A stretch of DNA of 51,978 nucleotides from Catajapyx aquilonaris (Eukaryota), in NCBI GenBank assembly GCA_000934665.2, contig KZ538174.1, forward strand, positions 62,001-113,978, written 5' to 3'. The first letter of the stretch is position 1. The number at the start of each line of letters is the position of its first letter. A model generated the notes under the pieces. It saw only the letters and a program-made list of their open reading frames with translations. It searched no databases and was not told the origin of the DNA. The translations under genes and the position numbers were made by a program. Below are positions 1-10,371 of the stretch, piece after piece.

Positions 1-300
1 CCCATTCTATAACTCCTCATATTACTGCTGCAAACTACAAAAATAACTGCTATCGGGAGATATCCGTTATCAAGAAGTGACCCACGAACTTGGAACAGCC
101 TGTATATGAGGTGCTTTGAACAAAAATGGCCCAAGTCCAAAAAACTAAAGTTGGGATAATTCACCTGCAAGTTTGGAAGGCCCAAGAAAAAAGGGAAATG
201 TCTGGATCCATATTATGTCAGCTTGGCAATCATTATAGGTTATAGGGTAGTCATTTTTAGATGTATTGCTCCTGTCACGAAAAAAACTGATTTATTGATA

Positions 301-388
301 AAAAATCATGTGACTTACACCATATTAATCCTACAAAATCATGGACTTACACCATATTAATCCTACAAAATCATGGACTTACACCATT
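301..388. repeat. Short tandem repeat, ~32-bp unit (aaaatcatggacttacaccatattaatcctac), ~2.7 copies
   Basis: Direct repeats visible in the sequence. Confidence 0.8.
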
Positions 389-405
389 GTTGATTGGGTG
401 TAATA

Positions 406-582
406 CAGTTGAATCCGGATATAACAGACTTCAAGGTGCCTCGTAAATCAGTCTTGTTACAACCAAGGTATATTATAGCGGAATACGCAAACCATATATG
501 GAAGTATGCCGGGACCGGCCTTTCGAGTATGTTATAACCGAAAGTCTGTTATATCCGAGGCAGTTATATCTGGATTCAACTG
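406..582. mobile_element. Tc1/mariner (pogo-like) MITE
   Basis: TIR cagttgaatccggatataac / gttatatctggattcaactg, flanked by TA. Confidence 0.8.
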
Positions 583-1638
583 TATTAATAAAATTTCCTT
601 TGATCATTTCTTAATTTTAACACAAATAATTTTAGCAAAAATTAATTTCATTACAAAATTTTAGAGAAGGGAATTTTCAACAAAAATTAAAAATTCACAA
701 ATTCACAAATTAAAAATAATAACGTAATTTTAAACATGGCAAACTGACAGCTACACACTTATTATTTGTCACACAATATTATTTTGTCCGTAGAGGTCCC
801 CATCGCTTGGATCTTTGTCAGCCATCTTTAACAGCTGGTATGGGACTTACCCCAGGGATAGGGAACGCTCCTTCTACTCCCCAATACCGCTCAAATATCC
901 AACTTACGACTTATACCATTTTTTGACCAACTTGGAGTAGTTCTCTGAATGTGACGGCAGTCCTACCTTGAAAATGGCATTTTTGGACTTGAGCAACATT
1001 TGTTCTAAGCGCCTCATATGTTCTCTGAGTTGAGTAGTGAAAATCTGGGATCAAAAGTTGAGAATTAGCAATATTTTCAGATTTTGAAAGGTCACACCAG
1101 GCACTAGGAACCGTGCTAGGAACCTTCCAAAATGTTAAGTTTATTTTTTCTGACAATAGTTGAAGGCCAATTTTTGGAGTTACATATGTTCATGAACAAT
1201 AATTATATTAAAAATTAAAATATTCATAAGCATGATTCCACATTGTAATATCCCAGTTGCAGTGTTGCTACAATGTGCAACCCACCAGCATTTATTTTAT
1301 TGGATAATACTTTTTGTGAGCAATATACAACTCAAAAAATTGGCCATCGTCTACCATTTTCAGTACAATTAAAAACAAAATTCTGGAAGGTTCCTAGTGC
1401 CTGCTGTGGCTATTTAAAAAGCAAAAAAATTAAAAATTCTCAACTTTTGAGGACAGGTTTTCACTACTCACAGAACAGACACTTAAAAACTGAGTTTCAC
1501 TTTTTCCCCTATTATTATTAGGAACATACTCTAATGAAAATTATTGTGCCTCACTCCAAAATCAATCCTGAAGACATCCTTTTGATTGGAAGCCCACATT
1601 TCACCTCTCCCAAAATGACAAGCAACACAAAATACTAA

Positions 1639-1786
1639 GGGCCAGTTGCACCGGCCTCAGTATAACTTAGAACCTCGGGTATATCAAGAATTGCCATAGC
1701 AATCATTGTTGACCAACAATGATTGCTATGGCAATTCTTGTTATACCCTAGGTTCTAAGTTATACTGAGGCCGGTGCAACTGGCCC
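1639..1786. mobile_element. PIF/Harbinger-type hairpin MITE
   Basis: Near-perfect 148-bp palindrome with GGGCC...GGCCC ends and TAA on both sides. Confidence 0.85.
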
Positions 1787-2095
1787 TAACTTGGCTGGAG
1801 TCATTCCATATGGCCACTCTATTTAGATTCTGGAGTCACATATACCAACTTGTTCTGAAGGCCTTAATAATCTAGCCTACATAAAACTGACCTGGAATTC
1901 TGTGAGGTCCGGTTCCTGTGCCAAATGATGCCATCTCTGTGTTGTTAAGTGAGGATTCCTTTGGTGTGCGTCCACTAGACATTTTTCTTGCTTTTCCTGA
2001 AGCAACGATGCAGTAAGTTGTATCTGACTTCCCTTGTTTTGTGGCATTATCTTCACTTGTTCGTTTCAGTTGCGCAGGTACACTATTCACTGACT

Positions 2096-3067
2096 TTAGC
2101 ACATGTGGTAATTTTTAAACCAAGATTTTATCTGTGCTTCACTCAGCCAGAGCTGTTTGCAAAGCTTTCTACATTGGATATCTGTAAGATATACACTTTC
2201 TGAAAGTGATCTCTTCAAGACCTGTAATTGCTTTTCAATGTAGGCAATCCAGATTCCGCTATTCTTGTCCCTCTTGACTCTGTCAGTAGTATAATCAAAA
2301 TTATATCTACTACATTTCCTGCCAGAAGAACTGACTCTCTCCACACAACTTCTGGCTGTACTACATAGGTTATGCTTTTCAGGGCTTTCAGTTCCCTTCA
2401 AGTCAGAAATCAGCTCAGCTGCCTTTGACTTTTGACTTGTTACTGGTTTGGGTTTTTCTTCTCTGCAATTTTCAAACCACATTTTTACCTGCTTCTCAGG
2501 TAAGTGCAGTGGCTGAGCTTCAGGCTTCATGAAACATGCCTCAGCATTACTCATTCCCCCACAAAATTCACTTTCATGCATGTCACAATCAACTATGGCC
2601 ACATTCACTGATTGACCAATTTCATTTTTACTCTTGTACAAGGTGAATAAACCACCAGCATTAGCTCTTGCTACATTTTGTGATTCTACAGAAGATGGAA
2701 GTAAGGGTGGCATATTTGTCACATCATGTTTAGTGACATTGTGTATGTCAATGCCCAACATCGCTGCCAAATCAACCACTTGCTGGACTTCTTCACCATT
2801 GCTGGCCCACACCTTCCCAATGTACACCAAGGTCAATACTTTTTGCATGGTTGTCTGCATGATATCAGGTAAGACTATGTTACCTGCCCATCCTACATGT
2901 GAACTCTTAAGTAGCGTTCTGAGAAAAGTGCTTGCAGAAGCTAGAATTAAACGATGCACTCTCAGTTGTCCATCAGAACAAGTAATGGTGACATCCAGGC
3001 AGGACTGATCATGCCACAATTCCAGCAATGCATCAGGAAGAAAGAAATTAATTGTAGGGAATTCCAT
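2096..3067 (-). CDS. BTB/POZ-domain protein with C-terminal degenerate homeodomain(s); single coding exon, 323 aa
   Basis: First ATG at 3067, just after a splice acceptor (tttctttcag, exon starts at 3089). The N-terminus DVTITCSDGQLRVHRLILASASTFLRTLL...IVLPDI...LVYIG...LAAMLGI is BTB-like. The C-terminus AYIEKQLQVLKRSLSESVYLTDIQCRKLCKQLWLSEAQIKSWFKN has homeodomain spacing. A second helix-3 motif, LHLPEKQVKMWFENCR, lies internally. Confidence 0.8.
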   Translation of the reverse strand: MEFPTINFFLPDALLELWHDQSCLDVTITCSDGQLRVHRLILASASTFLRTLLKSSHVGWAGNIVLPDIMQTTMQKVLTLVYIGKVWASNGEEVQQVVDLAAMLGIDIHNVTKHDVTNMPPLLPSSVESQNVARANAGGLFTLYKSKNEIGQSVNVAIVDCDMHESEFCGGMSNAEACFMKPEAQPLHLPEKQVKMWFENCREEKPKPVTSQKSKAAELISDLKGTESPEKHNLCSTARSCVERVSSSGRKCSRYNFDYTTDRVKRDKNSGIWIAYIEKQLQVLKRSLSESVYLTDIQCRKLCKQLWLSEAQIKSWFKNYHMC

Positions 3068-3361
3068 TGTCACCCAGGGACCTCACATTCTGAAAGAAAA
3101 AGGAATATTTTTTACCCACTGTACCACATTCATAATGAAATAGGCAAAACTTCACATGCAGTAGAATTCATGAATTCTAGCAGTGGCCTTCAAATATCCT
3201 GCTTTGCAAACTTTTGCTCTTGACAAACTTTGCTGGAATCCTTTAAAAAGCCCTGCACCAAATTTTTATAAACCTAATAACTGCATCCTACGAATAACTC
3301 AACTTAAAATGAATAAATTAAAAAACAGAGTTGAACAATTTAAAAATAAAAATCCAGCTCA

Positions 3362-4160
3362 AGTTTAGGTTTAGGTTTATTAAGAAGAAGCCAAAGCAAC
3401 TATGGCTATCTGGGTACAATAATAATAATTGGGTTAGTGCACTGCCCATTTGATGGGCATCTGGCAAGGTACCTTTATTTGCTTTTTTTTTAGGTGTACA
3501 AGCTTTGTTGGTCCTTTTCCGTAACGCCCGGGTACTGCTAGTGAGGGAAGGGTGACTGGGAGGGGATGTGCAATGTGCAGTGCAATGTCGTTGCTGCAGT
3601 CATTTTGTGAACTCCCTCGGATGGTTAGTCTCAAGGAATCCCACCCAAGACGAAGCCAGAGATGACCCAGAACTCTGCACAAGATGAAGGGGGGGAATTC
3701 CCGGGCTTAGGATCAAGCCCAGGACCCATACATCTGTGGGCGCATACGTTACTGCAGCGCCACTCCGCCTCCCCGCTATCTGGCTATAAGATAATGCAAA
3801 GGTGTGACAGATGAAGAGAGAAACGAAGAGGGAAAAGAAGAGAGGAAAGACTGGATTTGTATTCATAACAATGCGGGTGATGCCTGGATAATCTTCCCCC
3901 TGGATGGTATCTCCACCTTATCGTGGTGGTGGGGTTTGCGTTTCTTCCGTGACCCCAAGGGCTATGCCGGCTGTAGCTTCATCTACTGGTAGGGTCACCC
4001 AAGCTGGACAGGTCTTTGGGATAGGAGACAGACTAAGAGAGATGCCAGTCTTTCCTCTCTTCTTTTTCCTCTTCGTTTCTCTCCATCTGTCCCACCTTTG
4101 AATCTTCTATAGCCAGATAGCCACAGTTGCTTGGCTTCTTCTTAATAAACCAAACCAAAC
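3362..4160. mobile_element. Foldback element enclosing an RTE-type 5'-UTR motif; left arm interrupted by a SINE
   Basis: 3366-3413 plus 3775-3853 is the reverse complement of ~4044-4160. The centre 3910-4041 resembles RTE/REX3/BovB 5' ends. Confidence 0.65.
3414..3774 (-). mobile_element. tRNA-derived SINE, family 1
   Basis: Pol III-like head and direct repeat gctatctgg at 3405-3413 and 3775-3783. Related copies at ~26490-26684 and ~30340-30517, and a degenerate one near 46660-46800. Confidence 0.7.
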
Positions 4161-4770
4161 CCGGATAATCTGCACCCAGATAATCAGGAGTAGAGTGTAA
4201 ATTTAACAAAATGGGTTTACAGTAGAACCCCAATTATCCGACTCCTCAGTTTATCTGATGGTCCCGCTCCAGCAATAAATATATATTTTCCAATGAAATA
4301 CTGTAATGTACTACCAGGTGAAAAAAATCACAGCTGTACACACCTCTTCCATAACTCTGCATATAAAGTTTCAGCCATATTGCACAATACCGTGGAGAGG
4401 GGAGAAATGGTGACATTATGGAGAGACATATGACATGCTTTAGCAGCACCTCTTAAAATTGATAACAAAAATGCGATTTAAAATGTTGACTAAACTGGCT
4501 GCAAATATAGCGGTATCATATTGCTCTGACTTTTAAGTATGTTTCCCTTACCCATAAGATCAGTGAGATGTACTTTTCAGACATCTTACAAAACGCAAAG
4601 ACTTCAAATTTTGGCTGACATTTTGAGATGCTGTACTTCTATGTAGTGCATTCCATTCTAAACCACACCTACACACCACACTTCATTTACAAACTGATGC
4701 AAGCCAGCTGCAAAAAAGAGGTGTGATATTGCTATTGCATATGGTATTGCTAGACAGCCTACAAAACTTA

Positions 4771-5276
4771 CAGGGGTGATTGGAAGTCAGCATACTCATT
4801 GACCATAAACAAGTTGAAAATGTAGGGGTGTGAAATGTCAAGGGGCCAACCGGTAACGAGGTAGACGATCAGAAACACAGGCCTAGCCCTAGAAACATCA
4901 TGACACCTCTTCATAGCAGATCCCCTGGCTGATGGACCTGCCCACCCTACAATAGTTTCCTAGGAAGCAGGATATGAAAATGATAATCATGACTGTGAAA
5001 GAGGTGATCTCTCAAAATCCCATCAGTAATAATTATCACGTTCATGTCCTGTTTCCTAGGAAACTATTGTAGGATGGGCAGGTCTATCAGCAAGGGATCT
5101 ACCTATGAAGAGGCGTCGTGTGTGTTGCAGCATGTGTCTAGGGGTAGGCCAGTGTTTATGGTCGTCTACCTCATTACTGGTTGGCCCCAAGACATTTCAC
5201 ACCCCTACATTTTCAACTTGTTTTGGGTACACGAGTATGCTGACTGCTGGTTGACCTTGTAGTAAGATACACCCTG
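4771..5276. mobile_element. Tc1/mariner-like foldback MITE with long TIRs
   Basis: TA-CAGGG...CCCTG-TA ends with ~200-bp inverted arms. Related copies at 29468-30242 and ~45040-45250. Confidence 0.75.
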
Positions 5277-5338
5277 TATATTTCTGTTTTTTTTTTCTAC
5301 CACAATCAGCAGATATGCAAATTAAAATAAATTCTTAC

Positions 5339-5870
5339 CAACAAAGCCCCTTTTTCAGGAATTAACCATAGCTGCCTGTGATGAGACAATGCCTAGAGTC
5401 TTCAGTTTGTGTCCTGCACTTTCATGTGAGGCTGTAAAAAATATACATATCCAATGATTACTATGCATAACTGTGAGATGCATTATTTCATATGCATGAG
5501 GAAAGACTCTTGTTACTGTTTCCTAGTACAGATCAACAATTTTTAAAGCACCCAATGTTACAGTTTAGCAGCCAAAGTCATCTGAAGTTCAAGCCTGTCA
5601 TCCACATTTCCCCCCCGTTTGCATTCCTGCACGTGGATGCTGTCAATTTTCCTCCACGCCTACCCATGTTGATTGTAACAATTTCGGTCGACATTTTATA
5701 AGCATGGTAATTATGCCGCAAATTCACCATGCATCCTGTATGCTCTACCTGAAGACAAGTGCATCTCTGTGCTCATCTCAACCCGTCTGAACCAAACAAT
5801 AATGCAAGCATCTCTGCCTTCAAGCCTTAGCATATATCCAACGGGGTCAAAAGGCAGCCATCTTTCTTCT
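5339..5870 (-). other. Probable non-coding 5' exons of the BTB-homeodomain gene (~5749-5870 and 5339-5431)
   Basis: Donor cag|gtagag at 5749. Exon 5339-5431 is bounded by ttttttacag and ttg|gtaaga. An AAGATGGC motif lies near 5860. No long ORF. Confidence 0.55.
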
Positions 5871-6096
5871 AGTCACAACAAGTTGAACCACTTTATATTT
5901 TACGTTTTAATTTAGTTTAAAGATGAAACATTTAATATGGCGAATAAATTACATTTTACATACTATCTTCCACGATAAGACTTTAAAATTATGACATACC
6001 TAATGTTAGGCGATGCTATGTTGCAGACTGCACTTTCTTATGGTGTCAACCTCCATGCAAAGAATTTGTAATTTTTGTTTTCGCCGGCGGTTTACG
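5860..6096. promoter_or_regulatory. Probable short bidirectional promoter between the BTB-homeodomain gene and NATD1
   Basis: Divergent first exons about 230 bp apart, separated by an AT-rich spacer. Inferred from the gene models only. Confidence 0.5.
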
Positions 6097-9000
6097 ATGG
6101 CAGGAAAACAACTGGAACCGATCCATGACAAGCACAACAAGCAGTTTTACTTGCATATTGGCAATGGTAGTGTATTGTATTAGCTGGGCTTGCATGTTTG
6201 TTCCTATTTGTGTTTTGACATGCATGCATGGCAGGGACACACCTGGCCTTGTATTATGCTGAGGACATTTTGTGATTTCAGAAAAGGCTGTGCTACAGTA
6301 TGACAAGATTGGACCGGACACACTAGACATGTACCACACTGAAGTTCCAGAGTCGTTTCGAGGAGCTGGTGTGGCTCAAATCCTGGCGAAGGTAATTTGT
6401 GACATTTCGTGACTAATGCTAGCCTACATATGTTAATGGGGTTGTCAGGTATTGCATAGGTTCCTGTATGTGTAATGAAGAGATAGTTTGGAAAAGTTTA
6501 TAAGTTTTAGCAGCCATTATCTCTTGAGTAACTTCGATACCGAGTGAGAAGGTTGGGCATGAGTTGTGGGAGGAGGACATATGCGACATTAATACCAGCA
6601 GTCAGGATGTGACAGTAATTGCAGAGTTCTGGTTTATTACAAAGATGTAATACCAAATAGTATGGGAAGACATAAGCAAATGCTGTTCGGTTTAAGTAAT
6701 AATCTACGACAATATTGGCAATACCATATGGCCTCGCCCACATCACCTGTCGCTGCCCCCAAGAACTGACCAGGAGAAGGGACAGTGTGATTGGCTCCTC
6801 TGTGTGGTAGAATGGAGAAAGGATGTTGGTATATACTTTCTGCTGGATGTACTTTATTCACTGTACATACTTTTTTTTCTTCTTATTAATGTGGTTTTTT
6901 CCCTATTTGTGGCTAGGCGGCCACAGGCTAGCAATGACGTATTAAAAACCATTTTGACTTGAAATTTTAAGCTGACGTTAAATTTGTTACTGAAACTGGT
7001 AGCATATTTGGAAGCAGTAATTTTCTGATTTTGGTGCCCTACTTGCCTAATGACCACACCCTTCCTGTTAGGAGAACAGTGTCATCAGATTGCAGCTACT
7101 CTCATATTGTGGAAGAAAGCAGCCTAAAGCAATCATGGTGTCGTATGTGAAGGGAAGCTCTACATGTAGTCATGATGTGATATACAGTAGACTGTGTGAA
7201 TACTAAGGGAGGGAAGATGCAGTTGAAATGCTATAGATGGGAAACACCCTGTTTACACAAGGAGCACATTTCAGATGAGCTACCCCAGTCATGCCTCGAA
7301 TTGGTGCATTTCTGACTTGTCAAAGACCAGACAATGGGCGGGGCATTATATAAAGATGAGCAGGTGCACCAATCCATTCTTTTAGATAATAATGTGTTAT
7401 TGTATATTGTATCTCAAGTGCTACAGCCCTGGACTCTGATCAACATTTCAAAACGTATGAACTACTCTTGACCTGGAATAACTCTCTGCTTAGCCGTTGA
7501 CCTGGTTGGTGTCACTGACACAGCATTTACAAAATGTCGCTTCTGAATCACTGTTGAGATGAGCCCTATAGTGTTAGTGCACCTGAAGTCTTGGCTTACT
7601 TTGTCGAAACTTATGTTGCCACCACCCTTCACCCTATGCCCGGAAATAGGGCTGTCAATTAGAGAAATCAATTAGTCATTCGTAGCATTCACTAGAATTA
7701 TAGTCATGATACAATATTAATTGTGGCATGCAGGATGTGTGTGCCACTGGCAGGTTCACACACCTAATAAGCCATTGTTGCACTTATTGGGTCATATTCC
7801 AGTCATCTATAGGCAGTCTGTGTAGACATATGAGAACAGCCTCTCTAACACCCTAATAATGTACTTTGTCAGGAACCAATGGCAACATAACTTTCGAGGT
7901 GACTATATTCATCTTACATGCCATTTTATAACCCTACATTTTCAACTTTTTTTGGACTGAGAGAAATGGTAGGATGGCAGGAAGTGCACATATGAGTGGT
8001 CTCGAACCGAGTTGTCAGTTCTGAGCAAGGCTTTCCTGATCAACACCCTACATAAGTCTAGTTGCAGCTGAGACGTAGCTACAAATTACAGCAAAATCTG
8101 CTTATAGTGGAAACTTGTCTAAACACAGAGAAAAATCTTGTAGTAAAAGTAGCGAGATCTAGTCCTTTAAACTAAAGAACGATGTGACGTCACACCAGCC
8201 GTGTTTTCGATTCAGGTACGTGATAGGAGGGAAGAGACGGGTGGAGGGGGGTTGACCATGGCGTCATATCGTCCTTTGGTTTAGTGGACTGTAGCAGAAC
8301 CTGTCTAGTGTGGAAACATATAACATTTTTTGGTCCATCAGTTAGGAAAACCCTGTAACTAGTGAAATTCATATTGCATTGAGGCCATTTAGCAAAGTCT
8401 CAAATTGATAAGACGGCTAAAAATGAGTGGAAGTGATTCATGAGAATGAAAAATCGCACTCTTGGGTGTCAAGTGGTGGCAGGTCTCACTCATTTGACAG
8501 TTGAAAAGGGTACTGCTTGCAGGTTTAAATGCAGAATAAAGGGTGCTTTCAACCTTACTTGAGAACAAAGTCTCAAACTCCATAGTCCTAACATTTTTTT
8601 CTGTCAAAACCCCCTCCCCACAAACTTGTCCCGAGTCATTGACTGCCACTTCCATCCCCTATTCATATAGTCTATTTGACACCCAATAAACTGCAAATAG
8701 ACCTCGAATTATGGACATAAGGGTACCAATTTGGAAATAACTTAATTCATCTTATATTCTTGTTCCTAGTTTAGTGATGTCCAATATAGCAGAGATTGGT
8801 CTAATATGGAAAAGGATGTGTTCCAGGATCATTTTTGCTGTGAATCACCACAATTTTTAGTGGGAATAGTTAATAGAAAGTGGAAAAGGGAAACTCAGAT
8901 TTGTCCTATCTGTATTGCAGAAATGTGCAATTTTTTGAAGACATGCTACTGAGTGTCTTAATGCACATCATTTGATCCTACTAATAGGTCTCTGCATTCT

Positions 9001-9129
9001 TTTATGTTACAGGCAGCATTCAAGTACGTCGTCGAGAATGACCTGAAAATGAAGCTCTCGTGCACCTATTTGCAGAAGTATCATCGTGACAATCCATCAC
9101 TCCAGCACCGCAAGAGAATTGTAGATTAG
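6097..9129 (+). CDS. NATD1: Protein NATD1 (small GNAT-like N-acetyltransferase-domain protein), exons 6097-6166, 6282-6391, 9013-9129, ~98 aa
   Basis: Spliced translation MAGKQLEPIHDKHNKQFYLHIGNEKAVLQYDKIGPDTLDMYHTEVPESFRGAGVAQILAKAAFKYVVENDLKMKLSCTYLQKYHRDNPSLQHRKRIVD* matches NATD1 motifs (HTEVP..RG.G.A..LAKAA..VVE.DLK..L.C.Y.QKY). Introns are canonical GT-AG and phases are consistent. ATTAAA at 9131-9136. Confidence 0.93.
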
Positions 9130-10371
9130 AATTAAAGTCACTTCAGAAAGTGCAAGTTGGCCTTATAGCATCTTTATTACACATCGTTAATGCAGTTACA
9201 ATATTGGTTTAGTTAGGGTGAAAATGTTTGGTACTGATCCCTCATGAGCAGTGAATGTAGGTGTGCATGTGGCCTGGTAAGAAATGGGTGTTATGAACGT
9301 GCAGAAAATGTGGCAGTGGCACAGGAAAAGCAAGCTTATGAAGGCAACAGTGGGAGTGAGAAAAGCTTTTTGGCCATTTTATGAATTAATACCCATGTAA
9401 ATATGGGGTGACTGGACTACTGACTATGCTCACGGTTTTTTGCCAACAGGCAAAATGCCCAAAATGCAACTGGATAAAAATTCTCCCAATTTGCACATAA
9501 ACATCCTTCTCCAGTTGACTCTAATGCTGTACAATATGTCACTTGTGTGAAGGTATGGTCAAAATTGTCATGTACAGAACATAAGTACTAATGCTCCTAT
9601 TATCACAATACACACAACGTTCACTTTAAAAAAATATAAACTAAAAATGAAACAACAACTTGACTTTAGCATCAGATTGAAAAGTCTCGGGTCAGCATGA
9701 TCGTGTTTGGTATCAAATCAGAAAAATTGGCAGTAGTTGACCATTACAGAAGATTTTGAGGACAACTTGCACACTATAACAGCAAAAGGCACCTTGAACT
9801 AAGTGCAAATGAACATGAGAAGAGTTACGATTAATCAGCCTTACTTTCCACCTCATGTGGATGCATAGCAAAACAGACTGGTCTGTGTAGGAAAATGTTC
9901 AAATAACCAGATTTTTTTCCCCCTGTATGAAATGATGCAAGTGAAACAGAACTTTGGATAGTAGAAACTCTTTGTGCTCACTCTTCTCCAACAACTTTGG
10001 CATACCATCAGTCATCATACCACAGACTTGCTTTTCATTATTCAGCATAGTCTCTCTTGAAGGATTCAAGGCACATGCATAATGGCACTACTCTACTTGT
10101 TTTTTTTTTTGTTTGTTTTTTAAATCTTCAAATTCTTCAATCATTTTGGAGAAAGCTTGTTTAATAGGCAAAAGTTGTAAGCCTTTTCTCATATTTCCAG
10201 AGATCTTGCTGGATATGTAAACAAAACTTCTCTCCTCTTCAAACCTTCGATTAGTATTAAGCAAAAGTTGCAAACTGTGTTGCACATGTAACAGCAAATC
10301 TTTTAGTTGCCACAGCTCTAAGTTAAGCAGCAACAAACTGGAATGGACTTGGGGGGAGCATGTTAAGCTGG

